NCBI GenBank assembly: GCA_041739995.1
Contig: JBGSMV010000047.1
Span: forward strand, 224,001 to 288,000
Source of the DNA: Bdellovibrionota bacterium
Lineage (GTDB): Bacteria > Bdellovibrionota_C > UBA2361 > JBGSMV01
Direction of reading: 5' to 3'
Length of the DNA: 64,000 nt
Shown: positions 1 to 9,671 of the stretch, one piece after another
Layout: every line of letters starts with the position of its first letter
Position numbering within the stretch: the stretch's first letter is position 1
The notes under the pieces: model-generated
Told to the model about the DNA's origin: nothing
The model's database searches: none
What the model saw: only the letters and a program-made list of their open reading frames with translations
Position numbers and translations under genes: made by a program

Positions 1-30
1 AACGCAGATAATAAAACATTGTTTATTTAT

Positions 31-471
31 ATGTATTTGGGTTTGGACATAGGGGGTGTTCGAGTAGGAGTGGCATCGCTCAACGGTCTTGAGGGTGTAC
101 CTGCGCCACTTGGGACGTTTCTCCGTTCCAATGGACAGGCGGAGGCTGAGATTCTGCGGCTTATCGTAGATAGAGAGGTGAAAACTCTGGTGGTGGGCTG
201 GCCTCTTAATGATGCTTCGGAAAAAACCCCGCAGTGTGATTCTGTAGAGCGATTTTGTAAGCGAATTTCCCGCCGTGCCCCTGGTGTAGAGATTACATAT
301 GTTGATGAGTATGCCAGTACGGTGGAGGCTGAGGAGCGCTTCTTCGAAGCTCGGGCGGGACAGTCACGTAAACGACGTGATCGAGCGCGCGAACGAGGGG
401 TGCTAGATGCCCTCGCCGCGGTTACAATTCTCGAGATTTTTAAAAATTCCCTACAGGGCGGAAATTCGTGA
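31..471 (+). CDS. ruvX: Holliday junction resolvase-like / pre-16S rRNA nuclease RuvX (YqgF)
   Basis: YLGLDIG..RVGVA, LVVGWP, VDEYAST and DALAA motifs; upstream of mltG as is usual; ATG at 31 chosen over TTG at 19. Confidence 0.9.
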   Translation: MYLGLDIGGVRVGVASLNGLEGVPAPLGTFLRSNGQAEAEILRLIVDREVKTLVVGWPLNDASEKTPQCDSVERFCKRISRRAPGVEITYVDEYASTVEAEERFFEARAGQSRKRRDRARERGVLDALAAVTILEIFKNSLQGGNS

Positions 472-1490
472 GTCCATTTAATCTCTTCATGCGCATTCTT
501 CTCGTACTCTCAGTGCCTGCATTGATCGCGCTTGGAACGTTCCTTTTCCTTCGACAGGCTTTTCTTTCACCGCGAGACCCAAGCGCAACACAGGTCGAAG
601 TAATTGAGGTAGCACCCGGAAAGCCCTTTTCTGAAGTGGCGCGAGTGCTCTCCGAAAAGGGAGTGCTTCGGTATGGATGGAGTATCGAACTGCTAGCTCA
701 GATAATGAAAGCCGATCGAGTCATCAAGGCTGGTGAGTACGAAGTCACCGCGGCGATGTCTCCTCGACAAATTCTTCAGAAAATGATGTCAGGTGAGGTT
801 GTTCGTAGAGTGGTAACGCTTGTTCCAGGCATGACGATCAAAGAACTTCCGGCAGTAATTGAGAGTCAAGGATTAATGTCAGCTGAGAGCTTCGCTAAAG
901 CCCTGCACGACACTCAGTTGTTGGTGCAGGCGGGGATTTCAGCGCAGAGTTTTGAAGGATATCTTTGGCCGGAAACCTATCAGTTCTCTCGACCGATCCT
1001 CCCATGGGACATCATTTTTAAAATGATGGAAGAGGGTGAGAAGCATTGGCTTCCAGAGTTCTCGGCGCAAGCAGAGGAGTTGAGATTAACTCGCCATGAA
1101 ATTCTTATTCTGGCGTCGATTATCCAGAAAGAGGCAGGGAATCAGGAGGAAATGCCAGTCATTTCTTCCGTATTTCATAATCGCTTGAAGAAGGGAATGC
1201 GGCTCCAGGCCGATCCGACTATCATTTATGGCTTAGAGAACTTTGATGGAAACATTCGAGATGCAGATAAGGAAAATCCTCACCCCTATAATACGTATGT
1301 ACATCTTGGACTACCGATAGGTCCGATTTGCAATCCCGGCGAGGCTGCGATGCGCGCCGCCCTTTATCCTGCGGAGTCGACTTACTTGTTTTTTGTTGCC
1401 GACGGCACAGGGGGACATGCATTTTCGACTACTTATGGTGAGCACCAGGAAGCGGTGCGCCGGTACCTCAAGATCAGAGCTGAGCAATAG
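468..1490 (+). CDS. mltG: Endolytic transglycosylase MltG (YceG family)
   Basis: N-terminal TM helix; EGYLWPETY, LASIIQKEA, LQADPT, PYNTY..GLP.GPICNPG and YLFFVA motifs. Confidence 0.95.
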   Translation: MSPFNLFMRILLVLSVPALIALGTFLFLRQAFLSPRDPSATQVEVIEVAPGKPFSEVARVLSEKGVLRYGWSIELLAQIMKADRVIKAGEYEVTAAMSPRQILQKMMSGEVVRRVVTLVPGMTIKELPAVIESQGLMSAESFAKALHDTQLLVQAGISAQSFEGYLWPETYQFSRPILPWDIIFKMMEEGEKHWLPEFSAQAEELRLTRHEILILASIIQKEAGNQEEMPVISSVFHNRLKKGMRLQADPTIIYGLENFDGNIRDADKENPHPYNTYVHLGLPIGPICNPGEAAMRAALYPAESTYLFFVADGTGGHAFSTTYGEHQEAVRRYLKIRAEQ

Positions 1491-1661
1491 AAGTAGACGT
1501 TTGCTCCTGGTTTTATCGCGGCGAGTCGATCGAGGCTGGAACCTTATGGTAAGCGCTCCTGACGACCATTTTGTTCTTCGGTGGCGCACCAGTCCCTCTT
1601 CCGTTTCCCGTATGCGCTTAGCTACCTCTCGCTGTCCTAAAATGTATGTCAGCGCTGAAAT

Positions 1662-4022
1662 ATGCAGACGGATGGGAGCGAGTCTTTAGTGGATAGTCTC
1701 CTCGCAGAAAGTCTTGTCGCCGAGGTGCGACGCAGAATTTTCTTCCTAAAGTGTCTCCGGATACTTAGTGTAGTTGTGCCGGCCATGGCGGTGCTCGCTT
1801 TGGCCCTTTGGTTTCATGCGTCCTTGCATGTCGCAGCACTGAGCGGGATTTTTCTCCTTGTCGCGATCTTAGTCGGATTTATTGTTTTTCGCGTGCGACT
1901 GTTTTCGCCAACTTTAGACCTTGATGCGGCACTCCTGATTGATAACGCGCTCGGTACCAAAGAGCGAGTGGTGACCTTGCTCGGGGTTGCGAACGTGGAG
2001 GCTCGTGCCCAGGCCGAAGAAATTCTGCGTGAGCAGTTACAAGAAACTCTGGTTTCAGCAAAAGCCTCTGACATACAGAAGCTCTCTCTATCTCGCCCTT
2101 TTGCTCTGGCATTTCTTCTCGGAGCTCTTTTATGGGTGCTACTGCTGGGCATGTTGGTTTCGCAGTGGATTGCGGACAGACAAAACATCGAATTGATGTC
2201 TGCGAGTGCTGCGGTGCAGCTCGAAGGTCTTGTCGATGAATTCAGCGATGAACTTCCACCTGAGGTCAGTGAGGCGCTCGAAGCTCTCACTGAATCACTA
2301 CGCGAAAATGGTCTTACATCCCCCGCCACACAAGAAGCTCTAGAAAGCGCCAAGAGCGCTGTTCAGAAAGCAAGTAGTGCAACGTCTGAAGATTCGAGCG
2401 CCGCGCAAGAGACGCAAGGTGACTCAGAAGCGGGAAGTGAGACGCTTAATGCCGAGGGCAGTAGGGAAACTCCTCCCGTCTCCTCAACGAGGACAAATGC
2501 ATCTGGGGAGCAGCAAACAGTCCCCCATAGGCCAACTGCAACTCCAACGACACTACCCACTCCAACCCCGACAGTGCCTGCAAAGCAGAGCGGCGATCGA
2601 TCAAGCTCGAAAAAATCAAGCAAAGAACAATCGAGCCAAGATGTGGATGTGCAGAACGCCACTGCAGCACAGGACCGGAGCCAAGCAAGTGCCGAAAATG
2701 GCTCGTTCTCTTCGGGTGGCGAGAGCACTCAACCGCAGTCTGGAGATAAGGGCGCTTCGCAAAGTCAGCAAAGCGCTGGCCAGCAAGGGCAGGTCCAGCA
2801 GAGTGGGCAAGAAAGCAGCGCAACGTCAGCCGCCGGTGATGGCTCTGAAAAACCGGAAGGCAAAGAAAATGAAGGCACACAGAAGGAGGGCACGCAGAAA
2901 GCCAGCACGAATAATGAAGGTGCAGAGAAGGAGCCTCAACCTGGGGCGCAGAGCTCTGCCAGTGCGGGCGAATCCCAAGATCAGAGGGGAAACGAGAAGG
3001 GCGAGGAGAGTGCCAAAGATGCACTCTCTAAGGTCAGCGAGCAGCTGCAGAAATTAGAGCAAGCAGCGAGTGAAGCGCAGGCGGCGAGTTCGCAGGAACA
3101 GAGTTCTGGTGGTTCAGCATCCACTGAGGAGCAATCGCAGGACAAGGGTAGCGAATCGTCATCTCAGACAGGATCCGAAAAACAGGAATCAAGCTCGGGG
3201 CAGGAAAGCTCTCAAGGATCTGAGTCTTCAGATGGAGAGCAAGCCGGTGAACAGGCTGGTGAGCAATCCGGTGAACAAGCGGGGCAGCAGCCCGGCGCTC
3301 AAGACGGTCAAGGAGAAACGGGCCAGAGTGGAGAGAAGTCGGGCGAAGAGCAGCAGAGCGCCGCGAACAGCCAGGGCAACAGTCAAGCGGGAGGAAGTTC
3401 TGCGGAAGATGCCAAGGCGCAACCGGGCGCCAGTGGATCTCAATCCCAGCAAAACGCCTCTCAGGGGCAAGGTGGCAGTGCAGGATCAACTGGTAAAAAA
3501 GGAGAGGGAGGAGGTTCAGGTGGATCCTCGTTAGCAAACCAAAGCCAGGGTGTACGGTCTGGATCGAGCAAATCTCAAACTAGTTCTGGGCAAAAGCCTG
3601 GGGAGGCCGCAGATAGTGGCAACGAGCCCACCAGCAACATGGATCAACGTAGTGCGAGCTCCGCAACTTCTTCGCGCGAACAGACGCAAAGTGCTGGGCA
3701 GCAGAACTCAGGATCACTTCGAAGTGGCGAGTCTCGTAGTCAGGACATGCCTGACACCAAAGAGCTTCCAGATGGCGATGGCCAAAGTCCAGGCTTTGGG
3801 TTGAAGGGTAAAAAAGGCTTTGAAGACGCAGAAATTTCAGACGGAAACGAACAGCTTGATCCGCGATTTACCGGTCAGGTGACTGGCGAAACCAGTAACG
3901 ATGGGCGATCTAGAGCGCGTACTCAGTTATCTGACGTCAACCTCGCCCGTCCCGATCCCATCGAAGATGAGGCCAAACAGCCGATTCCGCTCGAATATCG
4001 AGATATTCTCGAAGGCCAATAG
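1662..4022 (+). CDS. Membrane-anchored protein with long Q/S/G/E-rich low-complexity region (DUF4175-like partner of MoxR/VWA clusters)
   Basis: Three predicted TM helices; ID..LG.KER..T motif; low-complexity tract of about 450 aa; C-terminal IPLEYRDIL motif typical of MoxR-cluster partners. Confidence 0.65.
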   Translation: MQTDGSESLVDSLLAESLVAEVRRRIFFLKCLRILSVVVPAMAVLALALWFHASLHVAALSGIFLLVAILVGFIVFRVRLFSPTLDLDAALLIDNALGTKERVVTLLGVANVEARAQAEEILREQLQETLVSAKASDIQKLSLSRPFALAFLLGALLWVLLLGMLVSQWIADRQNIELMSASAAVQLEGLVDEFSDELPPEVSEALEALTESLRENGLTSPATQEALESAKSAVQKASSATSEDSSAAQETQGDSEAGSETLNAEGSRETPPVSSTRTNASGEQQTVPHRPTATPTTLPTPTPTVPAKQSGDRSSSKKSSKEQSSQDVDVQNATAAQDRSQASAENGSFSSGGESTQPQSGDKGASQSQQSAGQQGQVQQSGQESSATSAAGDGSEKPEGKENEGTQKEGTQKASTNNEGAEKEPQPGAQSSASAGESQDQRGNEKGEESAKDALSKVSEQLQKLEQAASEAQAASSQEQSSGGSASTEEQSQDKGSESSSQTGSEKQESSSGQESSQGSESSDGEQAGEQAGEQSGEQAGQQPGAQDGQGETGQSGEKSGEEQQSAANSQGNSQAGGSSAEDAKAQPGASGSQSQQNASQGQGGSAGSTGKKGEGGGSGGSSLANQSQGVRSGSSKSQTSSGQKPGEAADSGNEPTSNMDQRSASSATSSREQTQSAGQQNSGSLRSGESRSQDMPDTKELPDGDGQSPGFGLKGKKGFEDAEISDGNEQLDPRFTGQVTGETSNDGRSRARTQLSDVNLARPDPIEDEAKQPIPLEYRDILEGQ
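3233..3290 (+). repeat. Degenerate 12-bp coding tandem repeat (GEQA/GEQS)
   Basis: ggagagcaagcc ggtgaacaggct ggtgagcaatcc ggtgaacaagcg gggcagcag, inside the low-complexity CDS. Confidence 0.7.
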
Positions 4023-4046
4023 CATTCGTAACTAAATTTGTGGTGA

Positions 4047-4078
4047 CCATCTAGTAAAAACTCTTAAGTTCTAGATGG
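4047..4078. repeat. Inverted repeat CCATCTAG-N16-CTAGATGG
   Basis: Perfect 8-bp arms at 4047-4054 and 4071-4078; right arm overlaps the sigma54 -24 element. Confidence 0.6.
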
Positions 4079-4091
4079 CACACTCCTTGCA
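4076..4091 (+). promoter_or_regulatory. sigma54 (RpoN) -24/-12 promoter for the DUF1800-DUF1501 pair
   Basis: TGGCAC-ACTCC-TTGCA is an exact match to TGGCAC-N5-TTGCW; intergenic, about 140 nt before the GTG at 4230. Confidence 0.7.
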
Positions 4092-4229
4092 CTTCACTCT
4101 CTCACTAACGTGAAGATACTGCGCGTGGATACGCTCGTGTGGATCTTAACGCTTGGTTTTGTGGTTGGGATCGGTCGCGTGGGTTGTCGAGCGACGGGTC
4201 GCGTATCAGCGGTGGGAGTTTGTAATTAA

Positions 4230-7001
4230 GTGCGGGTTTTTTTTGGGCTGCTCTTGGGCAGCATTATTCTGCTAACTAGTTATTCAGCATCTGCCGCGGA
4301 TGGAAAATGGCCCCCGCGCCGTAGTCTCATGCTTACTCGAAATGTTGCTTGTTTTAGCAACGCCTCTGGCAGCTATGTAAAGGTGCGCACTAAGATTGCA
4401 CCCGGCGAGTTCACTATCGTTAAGCGCAAGGCAACCGGTCTTAAGCGCTTGATCGGCTCCATCAGGCGAAACAAAAGAAAATTGAAAAACAAGGCCTTTG
4501 CCGACAGTCGACCGGTGCTCCGAAAGACGATCAAGCAGCTCAAACGCCAGGCCTCTCAACTTACGGATTGCGCGCAGCGCCTCGGTCAAGCGATTGGATG
4601 CTCGGTTGAGATCAGTGCGCCACAATCTTTGGCGGTGCTTCCAGGGAATATCAATACACAGGCGATCACAATCTCTTCTTCGTGCTCAGGCTCACTTAAC
4701 ATGTCGGTCATTGAACCCTCTGAGAAGGGAGTATTTTCGGCCGCATTGGATTCAATCTCCTATCAAGCGACACTGTCCGACGGACTGGGTCTGGACGGCG
4801 TTGTGGTGCGAGCTTGCTCAATGTCCAGCCTCGGCGTTGTAGAAGGCTGCTCTCAGAACTTTCCAATAGGGATTAATCGATGTTCGCTTAGCGCAGCTCC
4901 AGTAGCGGCTACCGTATTGGAAAACCGATCCAACATGGTGGGCCTGTCTGGTGAGAGTACTTGTGGCTCGGATATTCGCTTTGAAATAGTGAGCGGGGCC
5001 CAGCATGGTGAAGTGATCATCAATGAACAGGGCTTTGCCACATACACCCCAGGGTACTTTGCAGGCGAAGACCAGTTCTTCTTTCGAGCCTGTGATTCGC
5101 AAGGAGCGGGCTGCGGTGAGCCGGTGCGAGCAGTGTTACAGGTCGAAGCTGGAGCCAGCTTTCAAGGAAATGAAAGCTCGCTTAGTTCGTATCGCGAACA
5201 TATCTCGATGGAAGAGCGGCGGCACCTAGTAAGAAAGATTGCCAGTAACCGTTTCGACCTTTTGGATGGCGCAGGAGCGACAATGCCGCTCTCCGAGCTC
5301 CTTACACGGCGATTTCTTGACGAGGATTTTATTGCGCCCGATTTGCAGACAGCGCTAGAAACGATCCGGGACCGGGGTCTTAACTATGGTCGCCCCATTC
5401 ACACTGAAGAATTCATACCAAACTGGAGGGATGATTTTACAGGCCCAAACTCTAACTGCGCAGACTCGGGCGTGCTTGACGATCCAGAATGCTGGCAGCC
5501 GATCATTCCAGTGAGTTTTGATCTCGGAAGCAATGAGAACGTCCACTATGGAATGGAACGACTAATGATGAGTTCCGACAGAAGTTGGCACACCACGAAC
5601 TTTCGATATCATTGGGGCACCAGTCGTATGAGCGCCCAGTACCTCAAGCGTGCCCGCTATCTCTCGCCAGTCCACACCCGGCTGACACACTTTTGGATGG
5701 GCCATTTTGGTACCGCCACAGAAATTCTCAATGGATTCGAAGAGAATCTGGTGGGCTACTACGTGAAAACTCTTGAAAGGGAAGCGCTCGGAAACTTCAG
5801 AGATATGATGCTCGGCGAGCCTGGAGTCGCAAACTCCAATGGATGTGCCCCGCTTACACCATGGCAGAAAGATCATGGCAGCATCATCTGCGACGCTGCG
5901 TCTAACATTTGGCTCAGCAACGACTTGAATCTTGGCAACAATCAGAATTTTGCACGGGAGTTGATGGAGCTATACATGACCAGCCCTCGTGACGAAGTTA
6001 TGAATATCGACAATTACACCGACCCGTTTGATATAGTCTCCGCGGCGCGCTTCGTGTCCGGCTTACGAGTGCAGCAGTCGAAGAGTGTCGGAGGATCTTC
6101 GGTGTTTGCCCCCCGCTTTGACCCAAGTAGACACAGCTATTTTCCTTCCTCGATGTTTCTCAATCTTGAAGAGGTAGATCCGGAGCTGCCCGTCTATGAT
6201 CAAAGTTTCGAGCCGGGAGATCTTGTGAGGCATCTCCTCGACTACCATCCAGGAGTTCCTCGTTTCATCGCTGCGAAACTTTTTGGAACCTTTGTCTATC
6301 CAGATCCCTCAGAGGCCTTAGTTGCGGAGCTGGGAGAGGCGCTCAAGGCGCTAGACTATGATTTGTATAGATTTATGAAATTAATTCTTAACTCCGAGGC
6401 AATGTTTAGTCAGAGAGCAGCGGGTAAGAATTGTCTTTCCAGTCCGCTCGAGACATACAGCCGTATTCTGAATAGCGTAGAAATGCCAATGATTGTCTTC
6501 AGAGATTCACACGGTGCGAGCAATGTGTATGCCAACATTCACACAAGATTACAGAACGCCGGAGAGACCCCGCTTGGGTATTCATCTGTCTTTACTCATG
6601 ATTACTGCGGGAGATCTCCGGGAATCGATGGATCGACCTCGTGGCTACAATCACATCTTATGATCTTTAGGGTGATTAGCTTTACGCGAATGCTAAACGA
6701 ATTTACCTGGGCGATTCGCAATGATTATGATCTAAGTAGTGGCGTTGAAGTGATTCGTCGCCGACTAGGCGTGGATGTGCTTGCGCCTCAGGATATGCTT
6801 CGTTTCTTTGAGGACGCGTTTTCGCTTTCGCTGAGTCAAGAAGAAAGGGATATTTTCATGGAGTATTTGACCCACCGGCAGAACGGCTCGGGGCAGATTA
6901 GCTCAGTAGTATGGAACGATGGGGACGCCGCATTGATGCGAGAGAAAATCGTAGGATTGATGGTAATCCTATCTGGATTTCAAGGAGGAACCACTCACTA
7001 G
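4230..7001 (+). CDS. Exported DUF1800-family protein with N-terminal basic coiled coil and two Cys-containing Ig/cadherin-like repeats
   Basis: Signal peptide; Ig-like GEVIINEQGFATYTP..FAGEDQFFFRACD; DUF1800 motifs RLTHFWMGHFGT, ALGNFRDMM, NQNFARELMELY, DIVSAARFVSG. Confidence 0.8.
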   Translation: MRVFFGLLLGSIILLTSYSASAADGKWPPRRSLMLTRNVACFSNASGSYVKVRTKIAPGEFTIVKRKATGLKRLIGSIRRNKRKLKNKAFADSRPVLRKTIKQLKRQASQLTDCAQRLGQAIGCSVEISAPQSLAVLPGNINTQAITISSSCSGSLNMSVIEPSEKGVFSAALDSISYQATLSDGLGLDGVVVRACSMSSLGVVEGCSQNFPIGINRCSLSAAPVAATVLENRSNMVGLSGESTCGSDIRFEIVSGAQHGEVIINEQGFATYTPGYFAGEDQFFFRACDSQGAGCGEPVRAVLQVEAGASFQGNESSLSSYREHISMEERRHLVRKIASNRFDLLDGAGATMPLSELLTRRFLDEDFIAPDLQTALETIRDRGLNYGRPIHTEEFIPNWRDDFTGPNSNCADSGVLDDPECWQPIIPVSFDLGSNENVHYGMERLMMSSDRSWHTTNFRYHWGTSRMSAQYLKRARYLSPVHTRLTHFWMGHFGTATEILNGFEENLVGYYVKTLEREALGNFRDMMLGEPGVANSNGCAPLTPWQKDHGSIICDAASNIWLSNDLNLGNNQNFARELMELYMTSPRDEVMNIDNYTDPFDIVSAARFVSGLRVQQSKSVGGSSVFAPRFDPSRHSYFPSSMFLNLEEVDPELPVYDQSFEPGDLVRHLLDYHPGVPRFIAAKLFGTFVYPDPSEALVAELGEALKALDYDLYRFMKLILNSEAMFSQRAAGKNCLSSPLETYSRILNSVEMPMIVFRDSHGASNVYANIHTRLQNAGETPLGYSSVFTHDYCGRSPGIDGSTSWLQSHLMIFRVISFTRMLNEFTWAIRNDYDLSSGVEVIRRRLGVDVLAPQDMLRFFEDAFSLSLSQEERDIFMEYLTHRQNGSGQISSVVWNDGDAALMREKIVGLMVILSGFQGGTTH

Positions 7002-7028
7002 TGGCGTCTTGGTAAGGAGGTTTGTGTA

Positions 7029-8354
7029 ATGGTTCAGAGAGTCAGTCGCAGAGACTTTATGAGAACCCTGCTTTCAACAGGGGCTGGAATGTATGGGCTC
7101 TCGTTGTCTCCGAACGTAGCCAGTGCGCAAGCTGCGCATGGGTTCCGCGTACTCGTACGATTAGAGATGCTTGGAGGCTGTGATTCTCATTCGATGTGGC
7201 TTCCGCTCGATGGTGCGCGCTTCTCTGCGCTTGCCGCTCGTCGACCCGAGGGGATGTTTGCCTCGACCCCGTCAGGCGCACTTGATATTGGCTTTGGGCA
7301 GGGTATTGGGTTCCACCCTGCGCTTTCACCTCTCATTCCTCATGTCCCGCAGATGCGGCTATTCATGAACACCTCAAATGACCTTGCGAGAGGTCAAACC
7401 GGCTCACACGAGAATGCCCAGAATATCATGACGATTGGTACGCGTGAGACTGCCGGCAAGCTTAGAGGCTGGACTGGGGCGATTTTTGACAACGAACCAT
7501 CGTGTAAACTTATCACGTTTCTCGGTGCTCGCGGCGCAAATGGCAACTGCGACTCAACGACTTCTCGTTGCGCGGAGAGCCCACCGCCGACCATAGACAC
7601 GTTTGAGACTTTTAGATTCGACGGCTATTCATTTGATAGTCGTTTTGGCGGCGCCAATAATTCTCGGTACATTGCGAATGTTGTTCAGCGTCTTGCGGAG
7701 GCACGGAGCGGGCAAGAACCCCCATCTGTGGTCGAAGGCAAGTTTGGAGCTGCGATGCGTGCGGTATTTCCGGCAGTCGAGCAGGTGCAAGAGACTCTTT
7801 CTTACCAGTCTCCATTGTATGCCAGTTATGGAGCCTCAAAGCTTTCCCAGCAGTTAAGAAATATTGCGATGAAGATTCAGCAAATGGTGGCTCAGGGATC
7901 TTCCGAGCGGATAATTTTTGTGCTTGGAATTGGGAGTTTTGACTTTCATGATCGCTGGGCTATCCGTACTGAAGGCTTGATGTCAGATCTTGGATCGAGT
8001 CTGGGCGTGTTCATGAGCGATATTAACGCCATGAGTGCCGCGGACAATGTGGTGGTAGTGAGTGGTACCGAGTTTGGGCGTACCATCGCGACTAACGGAG
8101 CTGGCACGGATCACGGGCAAGCCTCTACCACGATGGTACTTGGCGGCAGGGTTCGAGGCGGATCGAACGCGGTGTTCGGAGATCTTCTGACCCCGACGGA
8201 GTTTTCATCGCTTACCGTTTCCCCCGCCCGAATGGACAATCGTGGGGTGATCTCGTCAGTGTTGAATGACTTTATGGGTATCTCCCATGAAAGCGCTTTC
8301 CCGGGCCCAGTAAGCTCGGAATTCACCATCGGAAACTATAACCTCTTTTCCTAG
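7029..8354 (+). CDS. DUF1501-family protein with twin-arginine signal
   Basis: SRRDFMR Tat motif; LGGCDS, GFHPAL, FDFH and TEFGRT..NG.GTDHG motifs; canonical partner of DUF1800; SD AAGGAGG. Confidence 0.85.
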   Translation: MVQRVSRRDFMRTLLSTGAGMYGLSLSPNVASAQAAHGFRVLVRLEMLGGCDSHSMWLPLDGARFSALAARRPEGMFASTPSGALDIGFGQGIGFHPALSPLIPHVPQMRLFMNTSNDLARGQTGSHENAQNIMTIGTRETAGKLRGWTGAIFDNEPSCKLITFLGARGANGNCDSTTSRCAESPPPTIDTFETFRFDGYSFDSRFGGANNSRYIANVVQRLAEARSGQEPPSVVEGKFGAAMRAVFPAVEQVQETLSYQSPLYASYGASKLSQQLRNIAMKIQQMVAQGSSERIIFVLGIGSFDFHDRWAIRTEGLMSDLGSSLGVFMSDINAMSAADNVVVVSGTEFGRTIATNGAGTDHGQASTTMVLGGRVRGGSNAVFGDLLTPTEFSSLTVSPARMDNRGVISSVLNDFMGISHESAFPGPVSSEFTIGNYNLFS

Positions 8355-8503
8355 GAGTCTGTGACACAGGCACAGACGACGTCCCGCCGACTTGTCCTCG
8401 GTAGCCTTGGCGGAAGAGGAAGCCTGCTCGAATTAAATGGCAGGACAGGAACATAGGAGCGAAGGCGGACTCTCATAAACATGGCTGCGCCACAGACTCT
8501 AAG
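8351..8503. mobile_element. MITE-like element family B, copy 1
   Basis: CTAG+GAGTCTGTGACACAG ... CTGCGCCACAGACTC+TAAG terminal inverted repeats; shares the 29-nt block caggcacagacgacgtcccgccgacttgt with 40616-40797; left CTAG contains the DUF1501 stop codon. Confidence 0.75.
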
Positions 8504-8652
8504 ACCCCGGCCGTCTTTCGACTATGGGCATTGAACATTCTCGCTCCCGGAGAGAATAGTTGGGAATTGTCGCATTGGCCTACAAAATAGCTCACAGGCT
8601 ACTCGAGAACGCCGCTTGAGGATCGCTTCAGGCTTCAGTAGGCTCTCCAATT

Positions 8653-9651
8653 GTGGGAGATCAAGACGACCTAAAGAACGCTATCCAAGATTTTAATCGC
8701 GTATTCTCCGCGATCGAAGCCGAGTTGGGCCGAGTCATCGTTGGAAATAAGGATATCGTTCGACGAACTCTCTCGGCAATTTTCGCCGGTGGGCATGTGT
8801 TGCTTGAAGGTGTGCCGGGTCTTGGTAAGACCTTGCTCGTTAAGTCCGTGGCTCGTACGTTGGGGCTTAGTTTCAAGCGAATCCAATTCACACCTGATTT
8901 AATGCCTTCGGATGTGACCGGTACGCAGGTGCTCACCGAGGACGATAGCGGAAAGAGACGCTTTGTGTTCAAGGCCGGTCCAGTTTTCGCCAATATTGTG
9001 CTTGCGGATGAAATCAATCGTGCCACTCCGAAAACGCAAGCTGCGTTGCTCGAAGCAATGGAGGAGCGACAGGTAACCGTTTTGAACGAGACGCATCAAT
9101 TGCCTCTCCCGTTCTTTGTGCTTGCGACTCAGAATCCTGTCGAGCTTGAAGGGACGTATCCGCTTCCTGAGGCCCAGCTTGATCGTTTCATGATGAAGCT
9201 ACTGTTGGTTTCTCCCTCGCCCACGGAGTTGCAGGAGGTGTTGCTGCGCACCACAGGAGTAAAGGTGCCGGAAGCTGAGCCGGTCTTAAGCCCAGAGGAA
9301 GCAGGTAATCAGATAGAAGTTATGAAGCGGCTGGTTCGGCACGTGGTGATGGCAGATCCAATGTATCACGTGCTGGTACGAATGATTTCTGCACTTACCC
9401 CTACGAGCGAGTTTGCTACTGCGCTGACGAAGCAATATGTGCGCTTCGGTCCAGGACCAAGAGGAGCTCAGGCGATTGTTCTTAGCGCGAAAGTTTCAGC
9501 GCTTTTGGACGGGCGCATTAATGTTTCTTTTGACGACATTCGATCCGTCATTCTTCCGACGCTCCGACATCGAATGATTTTGAACTTTCAAGCAGAGGCT
9601 GATTCAGTCAGTGCTGATCAAATCATTGAACAAGTGCGAAGCGCGAAGTAG
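8653..9651 (+). CDS. moxR: MoxR-family AAA+ ATPase
   Basis: GHVLLEGVPGLGKT Walker A, RIQFTPDLMPSD, LADEINRA and ATQNPVE.EGTYPLPEAQLDRF. Confidence 0.95.
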   Translation: MGDQDDLKNAIQDFNRVFSAIEAELGRVIVGNKDIVRRTLSAIFAGGHVLLEGVPGLGKTLLVKSVARTLGLSFKRIQFTPDLMPSDVTGTQVLTEDDSGKRRFVFKAGPVFANIVLADEINRATPKTQAALLEAMEERQVTVLNETHQLPLPFFVLATQNPVELEGTYPLPEAQLDRFMMKLLLVSPSPTELQEVLLRTTGVKVPEAEPVLSPEEAGNQIEVMKRLVRHVVMADPMYHVLVRMISALTPTSEFATALTKQYVRFGPGPRGAQAIVLSAKVSALLDGRINVSFDDIRSVILPTLRHRMILNFQAEADSVSADQIIEQVRSAK

Positions 9652-9671
9652 CAAGGAGGGGGTGTAGGCTT

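Noticed and set aside
1814..3804. Multiple long alternative-frame and antisense ORFs in the low-complexity gene, and similar shadows over gyrA, kup and the VWA genes
   Set aside because: They are expected shadows of biased codon usage and show no motifs or ribosome-binding sites.
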